Shown: positions 24,722 through 37,605, counted from the first letter of the stretch. The stretch: 64,000 nucleotides of DNA from Octopus sinensis (GCF_006345805.1 NC_043004.1:99014001-99078000); one strand, 5' to 3'. Notes: generated from the sequence alone by a model not told the origin. A program made the numbers and translations.

Positions 24722-24779
24722 TTAATGGAATTATGAGAACATACAGCAAATTAGCAAAGTGTACACAAGAGAGTTTACA

Positions 24780-24873
24780 AAGACACACACACATGCACGT
24801 GCACGCGTGCACACACACATGCATATGTGCAAATATATATATGTGTGTGTGTGTATGTATGTGTATGTGTGCA

Positions 24874-24934
<61 letters not shown>

Positions 24935-25210
24935 CACACACACATGCATGCAATTACTGTCTGAAACCAACCATCATTCACTGAAACACACACACATACA
25001 CACACACACATATACATGCACATATATATAACTGTATATGTGTTTATATATATGTGGATGTGTGTATACACATATATAGATATATATATAATGTATACAT
25101 AAATATATATATACACACATATATATACATTTATATACATGTATATATGTGTGTGTATATATATATATATATACAGGTATACATAGACACACACACAAAC
25201 ACATATACAC
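24780..25210. repeat. (CA)/(TG)/(TA) compound microsatellite
   Basis: Direct. Confidence 0.9.
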
Positions 25211-26597
25211 ACTTGTGGTGCACCTGAGCACTGTATACAATAATTTCATTATCATTATAAGCACAAAGGAGCAAAACAAGTTTGAGAAAATAGTATGTGA
25301 TTACCAGACGTAGAGTAAAGCTACTGTTTTATTGAAGCTGAAAAAATATCTCAAGCTGTTAGACTTTCACATAACCATTTATCAACAGTGGCATTATTCT
25401 GGATTCTCAAAACTATATGGTGAACGGTTGCAGGAAACTCTGAACAAGTTTGTGAAATTTTTCCAGCTTCACTCATACACACACACACTCACGCGCGCAC
25501 GTCACACACATACACTCATACACACACACACTCATACACGCACGCACACACACAATTCCATTTGGTATGCTTGAACAATTGTAAATATTCTCTTACATGA
25601 AACCATCGGTTGCCTTGTTAACCCAAAATGAAATACAAACATATATGTGTGTATGGAAATAGGTGCGTGACAATTTAGTGTATAAGGTCGCAGATCTGAA
25701 TTAGTACCTATAGTAAACTCCTGTTGCTACGTGAGCCGGTTGATGAACATAATATATTGCATAGAGCTGTTACATAGAACGAAGAGCACATACAGAGAAT
25801 AAGAGGAAACGAGTTGTTGGGATTTTGTTTATTTCGTTTTCGTTCAGTGTATTCTACTGACCTCCTGTTCGTGTACTTTGTAACGATTCGAATTCCTTAC
25901 CTACACAAATGCTTTCTCTTTTGACAATATTTACTCCACTAAGTACCCATGTCATTATTGCTACCCACCCGATCACCATATTTTTCCTGATCCCTTCCTT
26001 GATTGGGGCGTTTTTCTCGAGTATTTATACACGCCACATGCTTATATTCTTCGTATTTCAACGTAGTATTTAAAAGTATGATGTATGATCGATTTAATCA
26101 AGTATGATTTATAATTATTTACTAATACTACCAACATCACCACTACAACAGCTACTACTACTACTAGTAACAACAAATTCGAAGTCTCTACCCATGGATC
26201 TCTGAAAATTCAATACTTTCAGGAACTTAATACCCAGAAACTACCCTACTCCCACATTATCATTCATGTCTTCTATAAAGCTCGACAAACAACATCTCTT
26301 TCTCGAAGTGGATAGTATTTTTATCTATCTTTCTCAGGTTCAGAGTAAACCATTGGGAATGTTCTCAATTTGAAATGCATACAACAGGATGTTTTGGAGT
26401 AAAGAATATGGCTCTCCAAATTTAATCACATTACTTAAATGATATTCAAGCGGAGAGTAATCTACTTTTAAATCTTCTCCCAACATTTTTTTTTGTTTTT
26501 GCATCCAAAAACCCAGTTAAAAGGCAGGTTATTTAAATTCAAATTCCGACTTCAACTCCAGTATATTTTATCAGCAATGATAAAATGTACCCAGAAA

Positions 26598-27100
26598 ATC
26601 ATCATCACATCATTGTTCGACCGTGGTCGAGACAATAGATTTTACCATGCTACGCCAGACTTCACGGTCCATCATGGCATTACGAAGGTCCTGTTGCTGG
26701 ATGCCTGTATCCCTGGATATTACATGAGAGTAGGAGAGTGTGCGTCCTCTGGTATTGCGAGTAGATGGCTTCCAGAGGAGAAGAGTAGAAATTACCTCTT
26801 TTTCAGCTCTACAACAATGTCCAGCAAACTGGACTCTCTTACTTTTCACAAGAGATGACACAGGTGGTAGTTTCCCATATATTTGCATTTTGGTTGGATG
26901 GCGCTTCCACGAGAGATTTTGAGCTCTCATAAGGAGGCGAGTGTAGGTTCCATCCAACCGCCTCTCAAGCTTCTTTGATAACGTCCAGGTTTCTGAGCCA
27001 TATAGCCATATAGTAGAATTGGTTCGACTGTGGCTTTGAAGATTTCAAATTTGAAGTCTCTACTTAGATTTGATGACCAGATCTTATGCATGTCATTACA
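26598..27100 (-). pseudogene. RTE/RTEX-type LINE 3' fragment
   Basis: NDMHKIW...IFKATVEPILLYG/SETWTL...LDGTYTRLLMRAQN...VQFAGHCCR...LLLWKP...DREVWR; 8-bp duplication GCCATATA (26997-27012) causes a frameshift; (GAT)n tail. Confidence 0.9.
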
Positions 27101-28244
27101 GAACACTCTGTAATATTGTAAGAGTTTAAGAGTTTTGAAGGGCCTCCCGCCACAGGAACCTTATGAAAGACAAACAAATATGTGACTAAAGCGTGGTTTC
27201 CGACTAATCTACGAAGTCAGTAAACTCCAGATAAGCACTGATTCAGACCAGGTCGATCTATTCAACCCACGCCAGCTTGGAAAAGCAGACATAAAATATT
27301 AACGTTATATTTATGTTTTTATACATGTATACGTGTATATTCATGTATTAAATGTATAAATGTTAATCATAGACACACAACGCACACACATGAACAGATG
27401 CATAGGGCACTCACACACACACAGCCACATTTATATATTTCAAAAAGATAGGCTAATTTTTTTTATTAGTTAATCATTCATCTGTCTGTATACTTGTTTT
27501 GTTTTAGCTTTGTTATTCATCTTCACTCTGTGGTTAATGATATCGTTAAATCTGTAAATCTAATTTCCAGATACTTTATGTGAAATGTTACTTCATAATT
27601 CATACCGTTCATCATCCTACTCACGATATTATTATTATTATTATTATTATTATATTATTATTATTATTATTATTATTGATCGATCGATTAATCAGTTGTT
27701 TTTCCCCCCTATGTATATGTGATTATGGTGGGGAGGTTCGGGTTACTGCACAACCGTCTCATGTTTTGCTTTTTACGGCAGCGGTGGTGAGGGTTAATTT
27801 TTTTTTTATTAAGTGTAGACGATGATGACGGGGGGTACCATATAGCTTTTCTAATATATTAATTATCTGAACATTTAAAAATTCGTAAAGTCTCCACTTT
27901 CATTCGGTTTAAAGAAGAATAAGAAGGAAAAAAAACTGTCATGTTATAAAATAAATTACATTAGCAGGTTTTTAAACTGGGATGTGATTACGAACGGTTC
28001 TTGTATTTGGAGTTGAGGGAATTTATGTGCAAGGGGTTGTATGGGTTATGTCGAAGACAGCTAATAAAAATGGCAAACCGTTTCAGATATTATGACATCG
28101 TTCTGGTGGCCGTAGTCATCGTCCTTGTCATCTTCGTCGTCAGCGTCATTGTTATGTGTAATTAAAGATATCGTCATCAGTACCGTTTATAAATTGTCAT
28201 TTTCATCATCATTGCTGAAAATATTTACACTGTTTATACATCGC

Positions 28245-28358
28245 ATCATCATCATCATCATCATCGCCATCGTCCCTGTCGTCGACGTCGGTGTCGTTCC
28301 CTTTTCCTCCTTCTTCTTCTTCTTCTTCTTCTTCTTCTTCTTCTTCTTCTTCTTCCTC

Positions 28359-28390
<32 letters not shown>

Positions 28391-28402
28391 CTTCTTCTTC
28401 TT

Positions 28403-28463
<61 letters not shown>

Positions 28464-28475
28464 ATCTTCTTCATC
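28245..28475. repeat. Compound (TCA)n-(TTC)n-(TAC)n microsatellite
   Basis: Direct. Confidence 0.95.
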
Positions 28476-28931
28476 AAACCCACCTTTTAATAGCTTGGAG
28501 TAGAATCTATAACCTTTATCTGCATGTGTGCGTGTGTATGTATTTACACACACACACACACACATACACACACTCACACATATGTATCATCAACACAATC
28601 ATAATTTTGCCTGTTTCCTTTTTTTCTTTTGATTTTCTAAGGCAGTGTTTTGCTGCCGATTGTTCTTCTTGACACTAGCACAATTGGTTACATCTTATGT
28701 CACATAATGTGTACGCGCATGCGCATGTGTATGTCTGTTTGCATGTGTGTGTGCTTGTGTGTATTTAATTTAGATCTGCCCGACATATGTTTCTCCTGCA
28801 TGGATGTCTCTCGGAATGTGGTTTACATTTGCATCCACTTCTTTCGTCTGCTTAAGAGTCTATGCAGATTTATTGAAGGTGTTTATTCAGTTAATGGCAA
28901 CGCCGGGTGACAATGTGATATTCATAACATT

Positions 28932-29028
28932 AATCTTAGCCTGATGATTAGTTACATTGGACAGAGCTCATTGCATAACAATTGCATCAAGGGCTCCGTG
29001 CAGTTAGGAAACATATGTAGCGTGGATT
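28932..29028 (+). ncRNA. Type I hammerhead ribozyme-like motif with intact core
   Basis: AATCT-TA-GC | CTGATGA (28941-47) | long wobble-rich stem II | GAAAC (29008-12) | ATAT | GTA (29017-19) | GC-GT-GGATT; stem III is the palindrome ACATATGT. Confidence 0.6.
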
Positions 29029-29375
29029 TTACCTGCTCCACTCCCTCAATTTAGATTTTTGTTTGCATTTTTAGCACTGTGAGCTATATAGAAACTATTA
29101 GCTTATCGAATTTCTTCGCAACCTCGACAGAGGAAAAATTGCGTAACTCTCGATGCTAATAAATTCTTACTGTATCTTAATGTATGCTATCCATATTTCA
29201 CTCTCTGTCCCAGCCACTTACTGCTTGAATCTTACAAACCTCCTACACCCAAATCGTATATGTGTGTGTGTATATATATATATATACACACACATGCATA
29301 CATACATATATATGTATGTGTATATATATGTATATATATATATATATATATACACATACATACATATATATGTAT

Positions 29376-29424
<49 letters not shown>

Positions 29425-29425
<1 letters not shown>

Positions 29426-29535
29426 GAGAAGAGAGAGAAGACCCCCTTCGGTCACGACACTGACCATGGGATTGCACCTAGAAAGTTACCCTCCTAGTCA
29501 CAAGTCTGGGCAAGGTGGTTTGTGGAAGACCAGCA
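29425..29535 (-). mobile_element. Fragment of SINE family F (3' part)
   Basis: GGGATTGCACCTAGAAA...CACAAGTC...GGCAAGG...GACCAGCA shared with 44470-44600. Confidence 0.55.
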
Positions 29536-29633
29536 TATACACATACATACATATATATGTATGTATGCATGTGTGTGTGTATGTATATATATATACACAC
29601 ACATATATATATGTGTATGTGTGTGTACATATA

Positions 29634-30600
29634 TTAGGTTGCCAACTAAATTCCCGCCGTTTTTTTTAAATGTAAATTTTTAAAAGGTTTTAATAAAAAA
29701 AATAACAACTAATTAATTAATAATGTATTCACCCTTCTTGTTTACAACTTCTTCCCAACGTTCAACAAGATTTTCAATACCTCGTTGATAGAAATCACCC
29801 GATTTCGACTCGAAAACTTGATCCAAACAAGCTCTCAATTCTGCATCATTAGTGAACGAAACTCCGCGCATAGTACTTGAAAGAAATCGAAAGAAGTGGA
29901 AATCCGTTGGTACCAAATCAGGAGAGAACGGTGGTTGTGGCAGCAGTTCCCAGCCATGTGTTTGAACTCCATGCTACTGATTAGGTTTTTTACTCTTGAA
30001 TAGCCGTATTGAGTCGTTCCATCTTTTGAACATAGAGTTCCGCGTTAACCGTTTGGTTCCGTTCAAGCAATTCGTAATGGATAATCCCTTCCCAGTCCCA
30101 CCATATGCACAACATCGTTTTACGCGGATGAAGATCTTGTTTCACGTGCGGTGTCGCTTGTTAACCAGCGCTTAAGCCATTCCTTACGCTGCTTCATATT
30201 CCTGTACAGGCACTATTTTTCGTCGCCAGTAACTATTCGGTAAAGAAATCATTGCTTGTGTCCATGAGTTGAGCAGTGACGAGCAAGCAAACCAGCGAAG
30301 ATTGTGGCTCGTTGATTTTTATTGTTGTTACTTAAAGCATGCGGAACCCTTTCTCCATACCTCTGAACCTTTCCCACCGATTGAAGATGCTTCTCTAAAG
30401 TAGTGTAGGAGCATTCCATTTATCTCTGCCACTTCCCTTGTCGTTTGACGAGAATTTTCGTGCAAAAGTTGGTTCAATCGCTCTTCATCGAACTCAACTG
30501 GATGGCCAGAACGAGGTGCGTCTTTGAGTTCAAAATATACATTTTTGAAATTGGCATACCAATCACGAGCGGTTCTTTCAGCTATGGCACCGTATCTATA
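29634..30600 (-). pseudogene. mariner transposase pseudogene with one TIR
   Basis: WYANFK...DAPRSGHP, WVPHAL, IVTGDEK*, LCIWWDWEGIIHYELL, PPFSPDLVPTDFHFF, GIENLVERWEEVV; the HDNARPH region is deleted; TA|TTAGGTTGCCAACTAAATTCCCGCCG terminus. Confidence 0.92.
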
Positions 30601-30605
30601 CACAG

Positions 30606-31050
30606 CACAAAGCCAGAAATTTTGGGGGCGGAGGCCAGTCGATTAGTTCGACTCCAGCACGCAAATGGTACTTAAATTATCAACCCCGGAAGGATGGCAG
30701 GCAAAGTCAACTTTGGCGGAATTTGAACTCAGAGCGTAGCGGCAGACGAAATACCTATTTCTTTACTGCCCACAAGGGGCTACACACAGAGGGGACAAAC
30801 AAGGACAGACAAACGGATTAAGTCGATTACATCGACCCCAGTCTTTCACTGGTACTTATTTAATCGATCCCGAAAGGATGAAAGGCAAAGTCGACCTCGG
30901 CGGAATTTGAACTCTGAACGTAGCAGCAGACGAAATACCTATTTCTTTACTGCCCACAAGGGGCTACACATAGAGGGGACAAACAAGGTCAGACAAACGG
31001 AGTAAGTCGATTACATCGGCCGCAGTGCGTAACTGGTACTTATTTAATCG
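30606..31050 (-). mobile_element. Family B SINE head-to-tail multimer (about 2.5-3 units)
   Basis: Units joined at ...GCAGACGAAATACC|TATTTCTTTACTGCCC..., period about 180 bp. Confidence 0.9.
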
Positions 31051-31814
31051 ATTATTAAGCTGTGATGTGTGGCTTGAGTAAAATTCAAGCGTAACTTTTA
31101 ACAGTTTGAGTAACCGCATAATAGCCTCTTCGTTGGAATCGAATAACTGTCATTGGAACCATTCCAGCCGTGACAGTCACATCTTTTCTTGCACATCAGA
31201 GTCTATATTGCTGTTATCTCTGGTAGGCCAAATGTTCACATAGAGACCTCTATCGGCGTTAAGATGACGGTGGCAGCGGCGGCGGCGGCAGTGGTGGTGG
31301 TGGTGGTGGTGGAGTTGATAATGATGGACAACATAAGAACTGTACCGAATCTCTCTTGAGTCGTTACCAGCTTGTCAGTATCGGATGAATTATCAGTGGT
31401 GGTGTGGCGGTGCAACGGAGGAAAAGTTTTATAGCGAAATGGTGACAGAGGCTGTTTAGATGGAGACGGTGTCTAAAAATTGCAACCAAGGATAATAATA
31501 TATTTAGTAGTAGGAGGAGCTGTGTATGAGAGAGAGTGAGGAACAGAAGAAAGTTCTAATGACGAAGTTAATTAAACAACTAATGGTAGAATATCGAATT
31601 AAAGTATTGTTTGAATAGATGTATGTATAATGCTGTTGGGAGCAGATAATTGTGCATTAAGTGCAATTTTATATTTCATTATAAGTAAGGAGTCAGTAAT
31701 GTGTCTGTCTCTTTTGTGTTTATTATAAATGGCAATTTAGTAGTAATTGCTGAAGTTTTCCAGCCTAATCGCAGACCGAAGTCACGCTGAAATTTCCCAA
31801 ATATCAATTAATAC

Positions 31815-31847
<33 letters not shown>

Positions 31848-31974
31848 TGTGTGTGTGTGTGTGTGTGTGTGTGCGCGTGTGTGTGTGTGTGTTCTTTTAT
31901 TAATTCATTCTTTTACTGGTTCCTGTCACTGGACTGTGCCCAAGCTGGGGCATTGACTATGAGGATTTTTTATT

Positions 31975-32390
31975 CTGTTTTACTCTTTTACTTGTTTCAG
32001 TCATGTGACTGTGGCCATGCCGGAGCACCGCCTTTTAGTCGAGCAAATCGACCCCGGGACTTATATACTTTGTAAGCCTTGTAATTACTCTATCGGTCTC
32101 TTTTGTCGAACCGAACCGCTAAGTTACGTGGACGTAAACACACCAGCATCGGTTGTCAAGCGATGTTGGGGGCACAAACACAGACACACAAACATATATA
32201 CACACACATACATATATATATATACATATATACGATGGGCTTCTTTCAGTTTCCGTCTACCAAATCTACTCACAAGGCTTTGGTAGGCCCGAGGCTATAG
32301 TAGAAGACACTTGCCCAAGGTGCCACGCAGTGGGACTGAACCCGGAACCATGTGGTTCGTAAGCAAGCTACTTACCACACAGCCACTTCC
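31975..32390 (-). mobile_element. SINE family A
   Basis: Full motif set in reverse. Confidence 0.95.
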
Positions 32391-32514
32391 TTTTTGGCAC
32401 TGATTATAGCGATGTATCTTTATCGAGTTGTTAAGTTGCTTTTTGACGTATAAGGAATGCAATTCAAAATGGCTGATTTCCACCAGGATAAAGAAACACA
32501 GACATACACCCACA

Positions 32515-32526
32515 CACACCATCATC

Positions 32527-32562
<36 letters not shown>

Positions 32563-32630
32563 TTCATCATCATCCTCATCATCATCATCATCATCATCAT
32601 TATCATCATCATCATCATCATCGTCATCAT
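32515..32630. repeat. (CAT)n microsatellite
   Basis: Direct. Confidence 0.95.
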
Positions 32631-33986
32631 ACTTCTTTTTTGGTGGTATAGGTTGGCAACTTTTGAATCACTGATATACAGCAGGAAACCCTTCCTTACA
32701 CTAGCCATTTAATCCCGTCTGATAATATAAAACCATATGGCGTACCTATCCAAAATGTGCTCCAGTTCTAAAACAGGACTGCACACGCACACACACACAC
32801 AAACGCAGGACCGTCTTGGCAGCCTTATTGATTACCGGGTAAATCGAAACACTAGGCCTTGTAGTTTTTATTCACTGCAAATCACAGCATACATACATCA
32901 GAATTGGGCCCCTAGATTCGTGTGAGACACAAGCAACTGCCCTGTGTGTTCATGAACTTGAAATGGCACTGCACACACACACACACACGATCAACTTCTG
33001 CATAATTTCGTTCTACTAAGATATTGATCATCGGGAGTCAACGCTTCAAGACATTTTTATTCTCTTGCACTAAGATTGAACTTCGAGCTATATGGTTACA
33101 AAGCATACAATTTTAATACACTGTTCTTCATGTTCTTATATGTATGTGTGTATTATTATTATTATAAAGGTGGAAAGGTTAGTACAGTCTGTTTTGATAG
33201 CAATTAATGACTTCCAGTAATTAGTTACGTTTCTTTATAATATTAATTCAAATTCTGCAGGAGTTATCTTTGGCATTTATCTTTCTGAAATCGATAAAAT
33301 AAACGCTTATGAAGAACTGGGATCAGATATGAACGAGTCGACAAATAAACAGTATTACGATGAGACGGCAAAATTTTCTCTTAAACCCAGTCAAAGAAAC
33401 AGAAAACAAAATACAGTTAACCAAACACGCATGTTGCCAAAGAATTCAAAGAAAATAACTCATTAAAATACGAAAATGCATCCAATTAAGACCCCAAAAT
33501 AACAGCCATACAACCGACAGACAAAAAAAAATTCAAACAAGCAATCCAAACATTAGACAGAAATAAAAGATTGTATCCACTCCACTGGATATAAATAAAC
33601 AATCATATTGAAATGTAACACTTCTCGCCTGAAGATCGCATCTGCATGAAACTCGAGTTGTGTAAATCAGTTCATATATGCATGAGTATGCGTATGCATG
33701 TACACTCACACACACATATATATATATACATACATATACACACACACAGATGAGGATGGTTCGTTAATTATTCACAATGCACTTATAATGTTTCTTATTT
33801 GCGGAAAAAAAATTCGGATTGTATTATCAGACATTCCCCTCCCTTTAGGCTTGAACTTGAAATTAGAAGCATTAAGTTTTTACATAAACCGAACTACTAC
33901 ACTCCAAGCACACATACACACATGCGTACACCGCACATACACAAACGCACACACTCACACATATGCATCAATGTATATATATATAT

Positions 33987-34020
<34 letters not shown>

Positions 34021-34619
34021 ATATGCGTGTTTTTGCTTGTGAATATGTTTATGTCTGTCTGCATACATAAGCACATATGATGCCAGCTGTGTCATTTGTT
34101 TTTTTTTTTATTGGAAAACCAAAGACAAAGAACTTTATTTCTGTTCTCCTACGAACTCCACCCTAGACTTTAAAAAAATAACATTTTTTATATATAACAA
34201 TCACCATCTGCAGCAGCGTTATGTCCATCGTCGCCACCACCATCACCACCACCAGTATCGTGATGATCATCAATATTCTCACATTCGTCGGCTAAACCGG
34301 CACCATTACCATCACCATTTTTAACATCTCGTCATCATCGTCGTCGTCGTCGTCGTCATATATGTCGTTGTCGTCATCCTCGACAACCCACCACCACCAC
34401 CACCACCACCACCACAACCCCCACCACCACCACCGCCACCGCCACCACCACTACCACTACTATTATATCTTTTATTTTCTATTTAATCTCTTTGTCTCTA
34501 GTGGAGATATTGTTTACCTATCAACAACGAACGAAAATAGATAACATTGATACACACATACATACATCTGTGTCTCTTCTTCCCTCATTTTCCCCTCTCT
34601 TCCCACATTTCTTCATCTT

Positions 34620-35080
34620 CTTCTCTCTCTCTCTCTCTCTTTCTCTCTCTACACACACACATACATATATATATATGCATACACCACGGACTTTTATGTA
34701 TGTATCTATTTATATATGAATGTATATATATATATATATATATACCCATATATATATATAATATATATATATATACTTATATACATACATATATACATAT
34801 GCATATGTATATGTATATATATATTATATATATATATATATATATACATACTTATATATATACTTATATACATACATATATACATATGCATATGTATATG
34901 TATATATATTCATATATATATGCATGCATATATGTACATGTATATCTATATATATATAAGTATAGGGATATGTGTACACATATAAGTATATGCATATGTA
35001 TGTATATATATGTAAATGTATGTATGTATGCAAATATTCATACATACATACATGTGTGTGTGTGTGTGTGTGTGTATGAA
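34620..35080. repeat. (CT)/(TA)/(TG) compound microsatellite with internal near-duplicated blocks
   Basis: Direct. Confidence 0.9.
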
Positions 35081-36965
35081 TCAGGTTGACAGGTGGTCTG
35101 ATACTTGACTTCGACACCGACCTGATCAGAACAAAAAGAGTTCCATTTTAGCCAGAACACATCAAAAGGAATCAGAGCAAGTATTGGCTTTTTAGATGTC
35201 TACACTGATATATTGTGCATTGTCATAATGTCTGACAGCTTATGACCAAACACATTCTAGCGCCTTCCTTTATTACATCATCCCTACACGAGACAATGAC
35301 TATGCCTCTCCAAGGCTACTTAACTTGCAAGATATAACAGGTTGATTTTTCAGACTCACTACCGTCTTAGAACATGGCGTATTTCACAATTTGGTCCTAT
35401 AGCCCCAGGACGCAGGACAAAATTGAGGCAAGTTTTCTGGACTGACTTTGATCGTATGTCTACAGGATCAGGGCTGACTTGGGATTAAGCCTCCTGCTCC
35501 TCCTTCTCTTCCTCCTCTTCCCCCCTTCTTGTCAATATCTTTTGAAATGAGACGGCCAGAAACCCACTGTGTGGTTGCTTACGCGGATAGAAACCAATTA
35601 TTGTAATAGTAGCTGGTGTACGTAGGAGGATGGTGTTCCTCAATGCGCAGTGTTGGCTGACTTATGATATTTTATTCCACCTTCTCATCCTCAGGAACTT
35701 GGTCAATAGCGAACTTCTATTTCTTTAGATTCATTTCCATCACTGCCAGAAACAGTTGTCAAATTTCCACAAATCATGCACTAATGTCATAAAAATTGAA
35801 GAACTCATTGATCAAGATGTTCTTTTATACAAAATAAGTAAACAAACCTAGATGGTCACAGTTGGAATATTTTTGGTCTCATGCCTGCTAGATCAGAGCT
35901 GACCAGGACTCAAATAGCAACAATATCTAAAAATAAAAGATTGCTACATGGTTATTACATCTGCTAGAAATGAGACGAATTTGCTAGAAATTAAATCCTG
36001 ACATTTTATTATTTGAGGAATTATTGGATATCGTGCACTGTATATGCGCAGGGTACACTGTAACAGTACGCTGCATTTGAATCGTTGCCAGAGAAGTAAC
36101 TGATGAAGGCCACAACGTACAGGTGATCTTGGCCTATATTTCCGTCAGTCATCATTTACATGTATTGGTATTGTGATGAAATCAAATGGAAATTTTCATT
36201 CGGTTTTGCCCCAAATCATAGTTATAATTTGAGATATGCAGGATATAAAATTGCAGAAATTTTTTTTAGTTAACCGCAGCCACGTCAACTCGACCGCCTG
36301 TTAAAAGATCTCTCACCGAGTATACATTCTCAACTCTTGCCAAGCTTACATTCTCACACATTAACTACTATCATTCGACATAACAGCTTATGTAACTACT
36401 GTAACATCTATCTGCAAATAGATATATTGCTAAATTCTTAATATCATGATTGGTTTTATTTGGAAGCAGCACGCTGTCAGACCAAATAATGCAGCTCCCA
36501 GCTAACCAAATCCACAACACTATAACTGAGAATAAAAGTGGAATGGTCTTAGTTAATAAACCTTTCAATATAAGTTTCTTTACTTCAGGTATAACATGGA
36601 TTAAAACAACAACAACGATAGCATACTGTGCATTATGTATAAGATAATGCAATCCTAGATACACGGTTTTCCTAAAACTCACAACTGGAACAGCTTTCGT
36701 CAGAAATGAATGAATCAGAATTGACCAGGGATTAAACAATGCAAAAACGGGAAACATCTCATTCCAGTTAATGGTGGCATCTCTGTTTTTACTCATTCCG
36801 TCTGGTAGATATAGCCAAACACCTTCGAATTAAACCCAACCACCTCAAGCAAAGTGAAAAACAGTTCCAAATCACAGGATGGTCATAGTTCGAATGTCTT
36901 TAATTAAAGGTTGACTTGGAAATAAGCAGCATCATTTCCCATCCTATCGGTGAAAGGCTTTATAT

Positions 36966-37146
36966 CAGTGGTTCCCAAACTATGAGTCGCGAACGGAATC
37001 TTAGTGGGTCGCAAAAAGTTATAAAATTACACATTAGCTTTGATTAACTGCTGTCTATCGAGATAGTTCAAGTAGAGTTAAGTGGGTCGTCATAAACTGG
37101 TGTAATAAATAGTGGGTTGCGACTCTAAAAAGTTGGGGAACCACTG
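36966..37146. mobile_element. hAT (Charlie-like) MITE
   Basis: TIR CAGTGGTTCCCAAAC / GTTGGGGAACCACTG; perfect 8-bp TSD CTTTATAT (36958-65, 37147-54). Confidence 0.93.
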
Positions 37147-37204
37147 CTTTATATGGTTGTTTGCTCTACCAAAATTTACAAGCAAATACTAAACAATACA
37201 CCTA

Positions 37205-37605
37205 TCTTTATATATAAAAGTAAGGTTGTGTGTCTGTCTGTCTCCTACGATTTAGATTCCTAACTACTCCCACATTTTGCGGTGCAGTTTAACCAAAACC
37301 GGGTATCTTATAGTCGTGATTCATATCGAGCCCTTCTGGGTATTAGCGCGCGTCTACGATGAGTCTACGATTTAAAAAATAATTTACCATCATTTTTTTC
37401 CATTTTAATGCATTTTTTTTCGCCATTATATAAGGGAAGTTACTCTCTAAAAATGTCTACGATGAGTCAACGATTTAAAAAAAATTACCATCATTTTTTT
37501 TCCATTTTTAATGCATTTTTTTGCTATTTTTTGGCTATAACTCTCTAAAAATGCTTTATAGTTATTTCCCTTACAAACCCGAGCAACGCCGGGCGATACT
37601 GCTAC
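37205..37605 (+). mobile_element. Non-autonomous Helitron, subfamily 2
   Basis: A|TCTTTATATATAAAAG ... CCCGAGCAACGCCGGGCGATACTGCTAC|T (CTAG mutated to CTAC); internal tandem duplication of about 100 bp. Confidence 0.87.

Noticed and set aside
28209-28577. Poly-Glu/Val, poly-His, poly-Lys and IYIY-type ORFs throughout the window
   Set aside because: All map onto di-, tri- or tetranucleotide microsatellites.
30750-31050. Regularly spaced repeats (also the 62-bp and 15-bp arrays) as a CRISPR-like array
   Set aside because: There are no unique spacers; these are tandem SINE or minisatellite units in eukaryotic DNA.
36104-36150. CTGATGA-A-GGCCA...TGGCC possible hammerhead
   Set aside because: Stem II is followed by TATAT, not GAAA, and no stem I or III could be formed.
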